A stretch of 64,000 nt of DNA, taken from contig NW_013657670.1 of NCBI RefSeq assembly GCF_000142905.1, forward strand, positions 1-64,000. Direction: 5' to 3'. Shown piece by piece: positions 22,101-31,944 of this stretch. The notes beneath the pieces are model-generated. The model saw only the letters and a program-made list of their open reading frames with translations, was not told the origin of the DNA and did not search any database. Position numbers and translations under genes: made by a program. The first letter of the stretch is position 1. Each line of letters begins with the position of its first letter. The stretch comes from Thecamonas trahens ATCC 50062. Its lineage: Eukaryota; Protista; Apusomonadida.

Positions 22101-24171
22101 GGAAGCTGTCGACGGCCCGCTCCACGCCATGTCGTGGTCGCTCATCGAAATCGCCCGTGAGCTGTGGTACGCCGTTGAGGCCGCTGAGGATGTGCGGGCA
22201 CGGCGCGCCGCCCGCGCCGCATCGCGAGCCTCCCGCGCCCTTCCGGAGCTTCCGGGTGACTCGGCAGGGGGACCGCCGCCGCCGGCCACAACCACGCCGG
22301 CATACGCGGCGCTGGTGGCTGCCGACGAGTCCGATGCTCACGCCGACCTCGCACCGGTAGTTCTCTCGCAGGCGCAGGCGTACCTCCGCGGCCTCGACGA
22401 TGAGGTGGCGCGGGTGACCGGTGTGCCCAACGAGGCTGACGACGAGGCCGAGTCGGCGGCCGAGGCGCGCGCCCGCCACGAGGCTGCCGTCCGGGCGCGG
22501 GTTCAGCGGCTCGCGCGCGGGCGCGGCTTTGGCACCGGCTCGCGAGTTGAGGGCGGCTCGTCGGCCTCCCAGTCGTCGGCGAGCAAGCTCAACCGGGCCC
22601 GCTGCCTTCGGGTCACCGACGCCCTGCCGCTGCACGAGCTCCACGGCCGCAGCACACCCGACGACTACCGGAGGGTGGTCGACGAGCGGAGACGGCGGAA
22701 GCGCGCCAGCGCCATTCGCTTTCCGCGGCACGTCTCGGGCGATCGCAACCAAGTGCTCACCAACCTCAACGCCTTTACCATGCACGTCTGGCCAGGCTCG
22801 AACGAATACGTGACGGCGGTGGCAGTGTCGGAGCCAGTCCCGGCGCTGCTATTTGGCACCCAAAGCGGGCGGGTCAAAGCCTACTCTCCTTACGGCGAAT
22901 ACTACGGCGAGCTGCTGCTCAAGGTCGCCGACCCGGTGTGGGACTTTCCGCTCGACAAGCGCGAGCTCCTGCCGAAGCTTGACGAGGATGCCCACGAGGC
23001 GGTGCTGGTGGAAAAGGTGGCCGAGCTGACGTCGCCAAGTCGACGGCTCGCATCGCCGCTGCGGGCGGTCTCGGCCCCGCCACCGCGACTTGGAGCCGGC
23101 GAGTCTGACGACGAAGGGCAGAGCGATGGCGACAGGGGAAGCGCGGACGGGAGCGATGCGACCGGCTTTGTCACGCCCGCACAGCGCGGCGGGAGCCAGC
23201 CTCCGGGAGGCGGCGCCACCCTCGATGCCCAGTATGCGAGCCACAAGTCGATGCTTGACGGCGACGACGACGACGCCATGGCGGTGGTCATGGCGCTACA
23301 GCGACCGTCGAACCGCGGGCGGCGCAAAGTCGAGTACATGAAGGAGAAGGAGCGGTACATGGGCGCGCTCTCGCCGTTCTACAACGAGCTCAAGCGCTCG
23401 AGCTACCAGCCGCAGGTTGTCCGCCCGTTCTTCCTCCCCAAGTCGTCGACCAACGTTCGCCAGGACGCCATGATCCGCGGGCGCGAGTCGATGCGCTCGA
23501 CCAACTTTTGGCGCATGCGTCGCGAGGCCGAGGCCAAGCAGCACGTCATCGAGGCAAACCCGCTGTGGAAGGAGTACATGATGGCCAAGAAGCGGCGGGC
23601 GAGCTCACGCAACCAAGTCTACGTCCCCACCTTTGACGGCCGCGCCAAACGGCTCGAGGCCGACGCCGACAAGCCGTGGCGGACAAGCAAGGCGCAGCCG
23701 ACCGAGTCGGACTTTGGCCAGGAGAAGCGGACCGAGCTCCGCAAGCTCGCCGCAGCTGATCGGAAGCGGGCACAGGCCGAGGCCGAGGCCGCCATCCGTA
23801 GCGAGGAGGCGGGACGGAAGCGGGCGGCGGTGGCCAAGGCCGCCAAGGCCGCCAAGGCTGCACAAGCGCTGCGCAAAGCGTCGGGCTCCGCCGGTCGCCT
23901 TGCCCGCCCTCTCGACGCCGAGAGCCGCTCGCAGCTCACCCGTCAGAACACGCTCAAACGTCTGCAGCGGACACTCGGCGGCAGCCTCTCGTCGCTTAAC
24001 AAGCGCGAGTCACCCGGCATGTCATCGCGCCGGCTGCAGCTCAGCGGCAGTGGCGGCGGGCAGCACTCGGTGAGGGGCAAGCGGCGTGAGCAGCGAAGCC
24101 AGAGCCAAAAGGCGTCGCGGCGCATGTCGCGCCGCGGCGCGCAGTTTGCGGCTCTCAAGAACACGCCGTAG
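19153..24171 (+). CDS. EF-hand + multi-WD40 protein (WDR49/WDR64/CFAP337-like, probably ciliary), 1672 aa
   Basis: EF-hand-like FNRIDIGSRGVVSSTEFLDY followed by many GH...WD repeats; basic coiled-coil tail. Confidence 0.82.
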   Translation: MSSNPSLSGSRSLSRTLSRALLTASASELSEAGVGGRAEAPALSERSDREPGYKHLPPDALPRAAPLDRPYERPLVSMVDMDTRLTRSMATLVPIHPPSDSPSALAHPPLRNDPAGGVLHPLPRGALKVNPARGVRILDRPPKVKSKVDRKLRARAASAASSSPHAAALHDLGADRESANSRLLASMRARDPLRALVKTSSLLDFRRGRPHLARDQARALSRRMRRRHRAVHGKQTDGESSDELSSSSVGSSSSSSSLSSSSSATEASASAAAAAESAGLTLHAAIVHNILQQLSKDQLAYVQQVFAAAPDQELSRLEFVATLEVALNASPHSGVNTLASEQLHDAVVAELCEVFNRIDIGSRGVVSSTEFLDYVLHSGESHQVIESLGITAYATTPELVMPEHDEQITRIRGFSALNHLVTCHKNGLASVWNPANGTLVRRLRGHESSVLDVDLVPPSDDVQVHRLVTSSVDRTIIMWDATSYSKLSQWRTDTPQTALAWAEPIRKLFSGGTDGLVKAFDLKTAVDEMEVYPKAHTNWITDLAYIAPIASLVSASLDGTVVVWDVERARKRVVFTGHSKAVHAVAFAEKSKLVVSGGVDRDLLVWNPFMDSVLQRMSGHDKPILSIIAIPHSHEVISADMAGKIRVWDIRRFQCLQTLGGRGSPHFVRPFECLTYSPKTASIITVGRRWLIYPSLGESVDDSAAKFPISTLIYNSAFDNILVVAGTEVTIWDVATARAIATYSHFSSCEIVLLRLSRNQRQVIVANALGVISVFNYSTGALVLSFQAFACELLSSEIYFGAGKPVESKYDPITPPDSLPETAVLSSAFALDNVCDLYHVGQDALLLTTTQGYILVYDISTPGAERVMYTLHSSNESQQHDVSASAYCPHVRMFACGGSGLAFHIWKMDTYSSYHTKRIERDITAACFAHNMDAFITADTGARIIVYSLGSFNALSTMQLGAELNINSLTYSAAAKVLVSTHQEAVDGPLHAMSWSLIEIARELWYAVEAAEDVRARRAARAASRASRALPELPGDSAGGPPPPATTTPAYAALVAADESDAHADLAPVVLSQAQAYLRGLDDEVARVTGVPNEADDEAESAAEARARHEAAVRARVQRLARGRGFGTGSRVEGGSSASQSSASKLNRARCLRVTDALPLHELHGRSTPDDYRRVVDERRRRKRASAIRFPRHVSGDRNQVLTNLNAFTMHVWPGSNEYVTAVAVSEPVPALLFGTQSGRVKAYSPYGEYYGELLLKVADPVWDFPLDKRELLPKLDEDAHEAVLVEKVAELTSPSRRLASPLRAVSAPPPRLGAGESDDEGQSDGDRGSADGSDATGFVTPAQRGGSQPPGGGATLDAQYASHKSMLDGDDDDAMAVVMALQRPSNRGRRKVEYMKEKERYMGALSPFYNELKRSSYQPQVVRPFFLPKSSTNVRQDAMIRGRESMRSTNFWRMRREAEAKQHVIEANPLWKEYMMAKKRRASSRNQVYVPTFDGRAKRLEADADKPWRTSKAQPTESDFGQEKRTELRKLAAADRKRAQAEAEAAIRSEEAGRKRAAVAKAAKAAKAAQALRKASGSAGRLARPLDAESRSQLTRQNTLKRLQRTLGGSLSSLNKRESPGMSSRRLQLSGSGGGQHSVRGKRREQRSQSQKASRRMSRRGAQFAALKNTP

Positions 24172-24214
24172 CGCGTCATCCTCCCGCTTCAACCAAGCGC
24201 GAGCTGTGTATGAT

Positions 24215-24784
24215 TTACTTGTCGCCGCTACCACCGGCCAGCTCGTAGGCGGCAACCATGGACCACTCGGAATGGACGCCGGCAGTGTCCCACAGCTCGA
24301 GGCGCGAGACGGTGAACGACTCGCCATCGTGCTTGGGCCCGATGGCCGCAGCCATGCGCTCGCGGCTCTCAAGATCGATGTCTGCGTAAACAAGCGAGAG
24401 GTGCGGCATGTAGCCGGCGTACTTGTCGACGTCGGCGACGGCAAGAGCCGTCTTGGCCGTCTCAAAGGCCGCAAGGACGTCGGCGGTGGGATCGATGCGG
24501 AGAAAGACGCAGCGGAACATCGAGTCTGGCAGAACATCGACTCCGGTGACCACCATCTCATACGGTCCAACAGCAGCTGCAATGGCCTCGCATCCACGGC
24601 GGGCATCAGCTTCGGTCACACTCTCCGGCAGTCCGCCGAGCAGAGTAACGTGCGGCGGGAACGGCGGTGTGTTGACTTCGGCCGACGCTTCCACGATGGT
24701 TGCTGCAAAGCTCGCGGCAACCGGCTCGGGCGGGACGAGCCACAGCGAGTATCCGCTGAATGCTTGACCCGTGGGGCTGGACAT
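24215..24784 (-). CDS. 2H phosphoesterase, cyclic phosphodiesterase (CPDase, plant type), 189 aa
   Basis: YSLWLVPP, PPHVTL and MPHLSL (two HxT/S motifs), FRCVFL, LELWDT..W. Confidence 0.9.
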   Translation of the reverse strand: MSSPTGQAFSGYSLWLVPPEPVAASFAATIVEASAEVNTPPFPPHVTLLGGLPESVTEADARRGCEAIAAAVGPYEMVVTGVDVLPDSMFRCVFLRIDPTADVLAAFETAKTALAVADVDKYAGYMPHLSLVYADIDLESRERMAAAIGPKHDGESFTVSRLELWDTAGVHSEWSMVAAYELAGGSGDK

Positions 24785-24930
24785 GGAGAGAGAGAGAGAG
24801 AGAGAGTGTGTGTGTGAGAGAGGTGCGGCTCTGGCCTCTGCACGCACCTGATTCTGGCTGGCGACGACTGGGGTTGTGGCTGATGGCTGTTGGCGACAGG
24901 CAGGTGTGGGGAACGATTGCTGGCGACGAC

Positions 24931-25665
24931 TGCTGGCGATGACCAACGAGACCTGATGACGATGATTGCTGGCGATGACCAACGAGACCTGATGACGATG
25001 ATTGCTGGCGATGACCGACGAGACCTGATGACGATGATTGCTGGCGATGACCAACGAGACCTGATGACGATGATTGCTGGCGATGACCGACGAGACCTGA
25101 TGACGATGATTGCTGGCGATGACCGACGAGACCTGATGACGATGATTGCTGGCGATGACCGACGAGACCTGATGACGATGATTGCTGGCGATGACCGACG
25201 AGACCTGATGACGATGATTGCTGGCGATGACCGACGAGACCTGATGACGATGATTGCTGGCGATGACCGACGAGACCTGATGACGATGATTGCTGGCGAT
25301 GACCGACGAGACCTGATGACGATGATTGCTGGCGATGACCGACGAGACCTGATGACGATGATTGCTGGCGATGACCAACGAGACCTGATGACGATGATTG
25401 CTGGCGATGACCGACGAGACCTGATGACGATGATTGCTGGCGATGACCGACGAGACCTGATGACGATGATTGCTGGCGATGACCAACGAGACCTGATGAC
25501 GATGATTGCTGGCGATGACCGACGAGACCTGATGACAATGATTGCTGGCGATGACCGACGAGACCTGATGACGATGATTGCTGGCGATGACCGACGAGAC
25601 CTGATGACGATGATTGTTGGCGATGACCGACGAGACCTGATGACGATGATTGCTGGCGATGACCA
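24931..25665. repeat. 36-bp minisatellite, ~20.4 near-perfect copies (TGCTGGCGATGACCRACGAGACCTGATGACGATGAT)
   Basis: Exact 36-nt period from 24931 to 25651 plus a partial copy; no spacers; variation mostly at one G/A site. Confidence 0.97.
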
Positions 25666-25819
25666 TACCCGACGACTGCAGCCGATGGCCACAATCACTG
25701 TCCACAGCCGGTGACCATGACCGCAGGCCGATGACCACAGGCCCGACTCCCCTCCCTCCTCCTCCCTCCCTCCCTCCCCCCCCCTACCACCACCACACAC
25801 ACTGCACTCCAAACGGACC

Positions 25820-26796
25820 ATGGCCACAGGCTACCTCTCTACATCATCTGCATCTTTGTCGGTGACAGCAGAGTCGGTCGAGTCCACCAGCTCAGTCCGC
25901 GGGCGTCGGCAGCGGCGGCGCAAGTCGAGTCGGACAGAGGCGGATGACGGCGACGGATGGATGGAGGTGCGCAAGGCGGAGGAGATGGAAGGAATGGAGA
26001 ACGTCTCGCATGTCATCATCGACAAGACAGGAACGCTGACGTCGGCTCGGAACGAGGACGAGCCGCTGCGATCGGCAAGGAGGGCGGCGAGTGCCCTTCG
26101 ATCCGGCGCCTGTGGCAGCTGCCCGTCGGTGGTGGTGTGCGAGACGGGCGATGGTTGGGCAAGCACCATGGACGCAGGGCATGCTCTGGGCTTGTGGGAT
26201 GGCCATGATCCGAGCTGGATTCGTTGGACCTCGGACGATCTGCTGGATGCCGACGCTGCCGACCACGCCGTCGCTGAGGCGACCCACTGTCGCGCCGAGG
26301 CCGACGGGCGCATGCTGCTTGCCCTCGACGCCTCAATCTTTGACGTCCTAGCTCTCCGCGCCGCTCGCAAGTCACGAAGGAGGTTTGTTCGGCTACTGAA
26401 GCCAGACGCCTCTCTCGGCTCGCCCATCGTCGTCTGCTTCAACATGCTTCCGCGCCACAAGGAGCACCTCGTCGCCCTCATCAAGCGGTTTGACCCGGAC
26501 GCCTTTGTTGCTGCCTTTGTCGCCGACCCCACCTACGGCGCGACTCTGGCCGAAGCCGCAGACCTCGCCGTCGCCGTCGATCCGCATCTCACCCAGCCAA
26601 AGATCCCGCGCCCGCCCGGGTTCGACGACACCCTCGGTGTCTCGGCGGCGGTCGTCATTCCGTCTCTTGCCGGCCTCCCGCGGTGCTCAACTACGATCCG
26701 AGACAATGGGACACAGGCTCGTCGGCTGACTCGACTCTCTCCACCTCCACCTCTTCTTACTCGCTTGCTCGCCGCAGCGGCTGCTGCTGCGGCTGA
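25820..26796 (+). CDS. Soluble P-domain-only derivative of a P4-type ATPase (flippase); probable 1-nt frameshift at ~26682 giving C-terminus ...RRSGCCCG
   Basis: VSHVIIDKTGTLT (26021), ETGDG (TGD motif), LALDAS, VVCFNMLPRHKEHLVALIK (cf. CCRVSPxQKAxVV), AEAADLAVAV; no N domain or TM helices; accATGG start after a C-tract. Confidence 0.65.
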
Positions 26797-26801
26797 GCGC
26801 G

Positions 26802-29800
26802 CTACTGCTGGCCAAAAATCTCTGTTGTCGATGGCACGTGTACCGGCTTGGGCGGGAGCGCGCCAGGAGTGGTCGTTGGTCGCGACAGCGCTGCGCCGGC
26901 AAACCCGATTGGCGGCGGCGGCTTGGGCGGAAGGGTTGTGGTGTGGACAAATAGCCGCGGCGTGGCGGCCGCCACCGGCACATCCCCCGCTGCCAGCAGC
27001 TCCTCGGCGTCGGCCACGCCGACCGAGGTCGCGTCGGACTCGGCGCCGGCGCCAAAGTCGTACGCGGCAATGTCGGCATCTAGAGCTGCGTTCACTCCGT
27101 ACGCGGCCTCGGGCGGTTTGTGCGCGTCATCGTCATCGTCGCTTCCGGAGCAGACCGCGATCACAATGCCAAGAATGATGCATGCGAGGCAGATACCGGC
27201 CACTGCCGCCACCACCGCAATGAGCGTCATGTCGATGCCTCCGCCGCTCGGCGGCGATGCATTCGCCGCCACTCGGCCCGAAACCGGCGCCACCAGCACC
27301 GTCGCACTCACGCCGCCGCGCACAGCCACAGCGCCGAGGGCGTCCGTCAGCCGCGCCACAAACCGGATCTCGCGCACGCTATCGTCCGCTGCCGCGTACC
27401 CGGCCAGCACCTCCAGCGACACGCTGCCAGGCGCGCTGCCCACCGCCGCAGAGCTGTTGAGCGTCGTGCTACTGGCCACGTCTTCGACACTGACATCAAA
27501 CGCAAGGCTTCCGGTCCCGCCGATCGCATCAACAACGCTCACCACAACACTCTCGCCCACGGTACGAACGCCCGACCCGGCAACCTCGACTCTGGCGCTT
27601 GGCTGCGGATTGATCCGCACCGCCGCCAGCGTCGCCTGCCCCTGCGAACCGAGTGCGTCGCGTACTGTCACCGCTACGTCGACTTGGCCATCAGTCTCGG
27701 TCCCGGCCACCCACGCGCTTGACCGCCAGGCCGCACCTCGCTCTGCATCGCCGGTGACCAGCACCGCGCCGTCCACCGCCACGCTCGCGGCCAGCTCGCC
27801 AGTCCCGCCGTCGACGTCTGCCACCGCTCTTAGCTGCAGGCCAGCAGTCACTGCGCCGCCAACAATGTCGACGCCGGCCACAGTCTCGAGCCGCAGGCCC
27901 GTGATGCTCACCGGTGGCGCGATCGCCGCGCCAGGCGTCACAAACGAGAGCGATTGCGCGCCGTGCGCATCCGTGACGCTCAGCGCAAGCGCAACGAGCG
28001 ACGCGCGGTTGTACAGTGGCGGCGTCGCCGCAAAGTCGTAGCTGAAAATGAAGCTCTGCGGCGCGAGCTCAACCGCGGCCGCCGAGGCAACCAACACAGT
28101 GCCTGGCGCGCTGGCGTCGACAACGTCGACCACCGCGCTCATCAGCGGCGCAATGCCGTGAATGACGCTGGCCGAGAACGTAATCGTCACGCCAGCCGTG
28201 GTGTTGGCCAAGCTCGGCACCACAACGTCCACCAGCGGGCGCGGCACGATTGTGACGACACTTGAGGCGTTGACCAGCGGTGCGGTCCAGCCCGATGCGT
28301 CGACCACTGCACTGTGGAGCGTGTAGTCACCAACAGTGCTTGGAACGGGAACGAGGACGGTGGTTTCGGCAGCAGTAATCGGCACAATCGTGACAAGTCC
28401 GCGCTCCCCGTCCAGTCTCTCCAACCAGACACTGGCGTGGTATGGCGGCTGGCCGCCCGACGCACTTGCGATGGTGACCGAGAGCGGATCAGCACCGACC
28501 GACGTTATGTTGGCACGACCCGCCGACATACTTCCGGCAATTAGTGCCGGGTAGAGCGTGAGCGGGAGGAGGAGTGGGTGCCCAAGCCCACCGAGCGCGT
28601 CACGGGCGGTGATGCTGATGTTGGCAAAGGTGACAGATGCAACCGGGAGCGGGCCGACGGCGACAACGCCATCAGGCGAAAGGACCAGGCCCGGAAACGA
28701 GAACAGGACCACGCCGGATGGAAAGCTGATAATTGCTACATCGTACGTGAACTCGCTTGGAACTCCGTGGCCTCCCGACACGCTGCCAACCGTCAGATTG
28801 AGTAGCGCGCCCGAAGTCAGCGACTGGCTCGTCATGGACATGCCCGTTGTGTCTATCGTCGGGCGGAGCGCCAGCGAGAGGACCGACGACATGTTGGCGG
28901 GAATGTCGAGGACGGCGCCAACGCTGTCGACAACACGGACGTAAAAGACAACGTTGGAGCCGAGTGCGATGACGTCGGCATCGCTAAACGTCACAGCCAG
29001 ACCGGTAGCCGGCAGCGAGGCGATGGTCGAGTACAAAGTGGTGACGTTGCCTGCGCGCGGCTCGCTGGCCTGGGCATGAGCAACAATTGTGAGCGCAAAC
29101 GGCGGCGTGCCGCCACTAAACGCAACGGTGAGTGGCGCGGGAGTGCCTGCGGTGGTGCGTGTCGTGGTCCAGGTCGCCACAACCGGGTCGGGCGTAGCGG
29201 GCCCGCCGCCAGGACTGAGCGGGCGGTTGACAACCAGATTCGTGGCTAGCGCAAACATGGGCACGCCCAGCGCATCGGCGCCGGTCACCGACACATTGTA
29301 CACCTCCGGCACGGAAAGGGTAACGTCGGCAAGGAAGATCCAGTCAGCGGCAGCGGCAATGGAGTGGTGCGAGGTCCACACTGCCTCGCCTGATGGAAGT
29401 GCGATGACAAGGGTGGCGTTGATCGGGAGCACGCCGCCTGCTGTGAGGTAGGTGGAGACCACCGTGGAGACGTTTGCAGTGGTGGTGGCCGGGGTGAGTG
29501 CGGAGAACGCCGCCGGCGGAACGAGTTGCCACGCAGGCGAGACGACTGGCGCAGCTTCGGCTCCGCGGCCGTCCGTGATCGTGACCCGGAAGGCCCAGCT
29601 GGAGTAGGGAGCCCAGTGTGACGAGGGGACGACTGCGTTGTGGACAAGATCAAGCGGCGCAGGCGTCGGGCCGGCGATGGTGTACGAGGCGGTTGCAACT
29701 GTTGAGCCGTTTGAGAGCGAAACAAGCTCGATGGCGAGGTTGGCCGATGGGGTGTCGAAGACCAGCTGCGAGACGACCAGGCTTGCATTGGCCGAGTAGG

Positions 29801-30608
29801 TCAGGAGCGGGCCGGACGCTAGCGACAAGTTGAACGATGGAGCCGGAAAGAGCTCGAGCCGGGCCGGAGCCTCGACGACGACCGAGCCGCGCTCGGTGTT
29901 GGTGATGACGACGTAGATCCTGAGGAGGGTGGGGATGGCAGCCGGATGAAGGTCTCCAGCTTCGAACGGCTCTGTGTAGAACGGGGAGATATACAACGGG
30001 TTGGTTTTGGTCGGCCCGCGGGTGCCAAGGAAGTTGGTCACTGCGTACGGCGGCGATGACTTGCGGATCTCAAAGTCGCCCGGATCAAAGGTGCCGCCGC
30101 CGGTAAAGCTCACGGAGGCGCCGATCTTCTGGCCGACAAACGCAGTAGCCGGCGCGACAGAGATGTGACCGCTTGGCCTCGGACGGACGTCAAGCTGGAG
30201 CACGTTTGACGGATCAGAGACAAGGCCCGAGTCGAGGTAGTGGACAAAGGCGAGGCAGTCGTAGACGTCCACAACTGCGGACGCGGTGACGTTGTCGGCG
30301 GACCAGACCGTAGAGCCGATGACGATGTGCGTGAGGGCAGTGACATTGCCAAGCGTCTGTCCCACGCATGTGATGTTGAACGAGCATCCGCTTGGCGCTG
30401 GACAGGTGGATGAGATGGAGACGATGAGCGGGACCTTGTCGCCGGCCGTGACCAGGCGAGAAGTCTCTGATGATGAGCTGCGAAAGGTGAGAGTGGGCAA
30501 TGTGGCGGCCACAAGCGACGACTGCGAAGAGAGCACAAGCACAATGTGCATGCCTACTGCTACCATAACCAAAGTTCTACCCACCGCACCTCTGCTCCAC
30601 CCCGCCAT
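26802..30608 (-). CDS. Large type I membrane protein with tandem beta-sandwich (PKD/Ig-like) modules, ~1270 aa
   Basis: Signal-like hydrophobic N-terminus; recurrent GGxxPY/F and VTDAxG motifs; TM IAVVAAVAGICLACIILGIVIAVC; Pro-rich tail. Confidence 0.8.
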   Translation of the reverse strand: MAGWSRGAVGRTLVMVAVGMHIVLVLSSQSSLVAATLPTLTFRSSSSETSRLVTAGDKVPLIVSISSTCPAPSGCSFNITCVGQTLGNVTALTHIVIGSTVWSADNVTASAVVDVYDCLAFVHYLDSGLVSDPSNVLQLDVRPRPSGHISVAPATAFVGQKIGASVSFTGGGTFDPGDFEIRKSSPPYAVTNFLGTRGPTKTNPLYISPFYTEPFEAGDLHPAAIPTLLRIYVVITNTERGSVVVEAPARLELFPAPSFNLSLASGPLLTYSANASLVVSQLVFDTPSANLAIELVSLSNGSTVATASYTIAGPTPAPLDLVHNAVVPSSHWAPYSSWAFRVTITDGRGAEAAPVVSPAWQLVPPAAFSALTPATTTANVSTVVSTYLTAGGVLPINATLVIALPSGEAVWTSHHSIAAAADWIFLADVTLSVPEVYNVSVTGADALGVPMFALATNLVVNRPLSPGGGPATPDPVVATWTTTRTTAGTPAPLTVAFSGGTPPFALTIVAHAQASEPRAGNVTTLYSTIASLPATGLAVTFSDADVIALGSNVVFYVRVVDSVGAVLDIPANMSSVLSLALRPTIDTTGMSMTSQSLTSGALLNLTVGSVSGGHGVPSEFTYDVAIISFPSGVVLFSFPGLVLSPDGVVAVGPLPVASVTFANISITARDALGGLGHPLLLPLTLYPALIAGSMSAGRANITSVGADPLSVTIASASGGQPPYHASVWLERLDGERGLVTIVPITAAETTVLVPVPSTVGDYTLHSAVVDASGWTAPLVNASSVVTIVPRPLVDVVVPSLANTTAGVTITFSASVIHGIAPLMSAVVDVVDASAPGTVLVASAAAVELAPQSFIFSYDFAATPPLYNRASLVALALSVTDAHGAQSLSFVTPGAAIAPPVSITGLRLETVAGVDIVGGAVTAGLQLRAVADVDGGTGELAASVAVDGAVLVTGDAERGAAWRSSAWVAGTETDGQVDVAVTVRDALGSQGQATLAAVRINPQPSARVEVAGSGVRTVGESVVVSVVDAIGGTGSLAFDVSVEDVASSTTLNSSAAVGSAPGSVSLEVLAGYAAADDSVREIRFVARLTDALGAVAVRGGVSATVLVAPVSGRVAANASPPSGGGIDMTLIAVVAAVAGICLACIILGIVIAVCSGSDDDDDAHKPPEAAYGVNAALDADIAAYDFGAGAESDATSVGVADAEELLAAGDVPVAAATPRLFVHTTTLPPKPPPPIGFAGAALSRPTTTPGALPPKPVHVPSTTEIFGQQ

Positions 30609-31011
30609 GTGTCGCTCAACTGGCGTCGAGTGCAGTGCCGCTGTGCTGCGGCTCGGTCGCCGACTCGGTCTACCGAACAACCCTTTGTCAGCCGGCTATT
30701 TGGTTCGGCTGTGGGCGGATCGCCGGGTGGTTTGCCGAGGTGCAGGGGGGGGGGGGGGAGGGGGGAACAAAGCGATTGGGTGGGGTGGGCTACAGAATCC
30801 AGTAGACGCGATGCAGCTGCTGATGTCCACATGTACGTGCATGTATGGATGCGTAGTCATGTCGTGCAGGATCGGCTGTGTGGCAGACCGCACAGCGAAT
30901 CCTTCCCCGAGGTGCCGCTCATCAATGGAGGGCGGGTGGTCGGAACGCGGCAGTTGGCCGACAACGGTCCAAGCAGGCGACGGCGGGGCGGCAAGACCGC
31001 TCTTGGGCGGG

Positions 31012-31944
31012 ATGTCACGCTTCCAGAAGTACGCACAACACCACGGGTACAACCGGTCGCCGGGTGGGCCATATGCACGGGCGACGCATGCGGGCGCGTC
31101 ACCTGTGCCGGAAGACCGGCAATGGGCGTCCGAGCTTGCGGCGTACGAGCGGTCGAGGTCGGCGCTCGGCTTCCGTCTTCCGAGCGAGACGCCGCATCGT
31201 GTGACGCATGCAGAGGTCAAGGCGGTCGAGGCTGCCTTCAATCCGCTGACCGGAAGGTACACCGATCCGGATCATGAGCTGGCCGTGCGGTCTCGGGAGC
31301 AGGCGGTGCGATCGCAGAAGGTGAGGACCTCGGGCGCTCTGGCCAAGCAGAGAGATCGGACACCGTACAACATCTTGTCCAACATTGATCACGGCGCGGC
31401 GGTAGCTTCGCCGACCGCAAGGCTCTCGCGGGCGGATCCGTATGGCCATGGCGGACAGAGCCCACCGCCGGCGGCCTTGCCCCCGCAGCACGCTGCCGGG
31501 CGGCGTTCGATCTCGGACCGATCGACGGCGCGAGTCTCGCCGCCGCGGGTGACTGCCAACCACAGCAACTACACCTACGACATTATCGGCGGCCAGCCGC
31601 TGGCGTCTGATGCCGAGCGGGTCTCGCCGCTGGTGCGGTCTGGTGCGCGACAGCCGCCACCACAGTACGGGTCCGGGAGAAGCGCGCCGGCCTCGCATCG
31701 CCATCCACCGCCGCCTCGCGCGCCTTCGCGGTCGTACAACATCCTCACCTGCGAGGAAGAGCGGTCGGCGCCGCGACGGGCTGGCCCAAGTCGCAGCCAC
31801 GACGGTAACATCGTGCTGCCGGCCAAGGGCAAGGCGCCCTTTCACACCTCGCAGTCGATTGTCGACTACAACATCATCACCGGCCGGTCGTCGTCCTCGC
31901 TTGGCACCCGCGGTGGCAAATACCGTCTGCCATACACACCGTAA
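31012..31944 (+). CDS. Hypothetical disordered protein with repeated [FY][ND][IP][IL][TSG] motifs, 310 aa
   Basis: FNPLTG, YNILSN, YDIIGG, YNILTC, YNIITG in a basic low-complexity background. Confidence 0.65.
   Translation: MSRFQKYAQHHGYNRSPGGPYARATHAGASPVPEDRQWASELAAYERSRSALGFRLPSETPHRVTHAEVKAVEAAFNPLTGRYTDPDHELAVRSREQAVRSQKVRTSGALAKQRDRTPYNILSNIDHGAAVASPTARLSRADPYGHGGQSPPPAALPPQHAAGRRSISDRSTARVSPPRVTANHSNYTYDIIGGQPLASDAERVSPLVRSGARQPPPQYGSGRSAPASHRHPPPPRAPSRSYNILTCEEERSAPRRAGPSRSHDGNIVLPAKGKAPFHTSQSIVDYNIITGRSSSSLGTRGGKYRLPYTP

Noticed and set aside
20468-22360. Long alternative-frame and antisense ORFs over real genes (e.g. this 630-aa ORF, 47281-48945, 13967-15517)
   Set aside because: Expected shadows of high-GC3 coding sequence; Ser/Arg/Pro-rich with no motifs.
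24931-25665. 36-bp repeat as a CRISPR array
   Set aside because: Units are head-to-tail with no spacers, there are no cas genes, and the context is eukaryotic.
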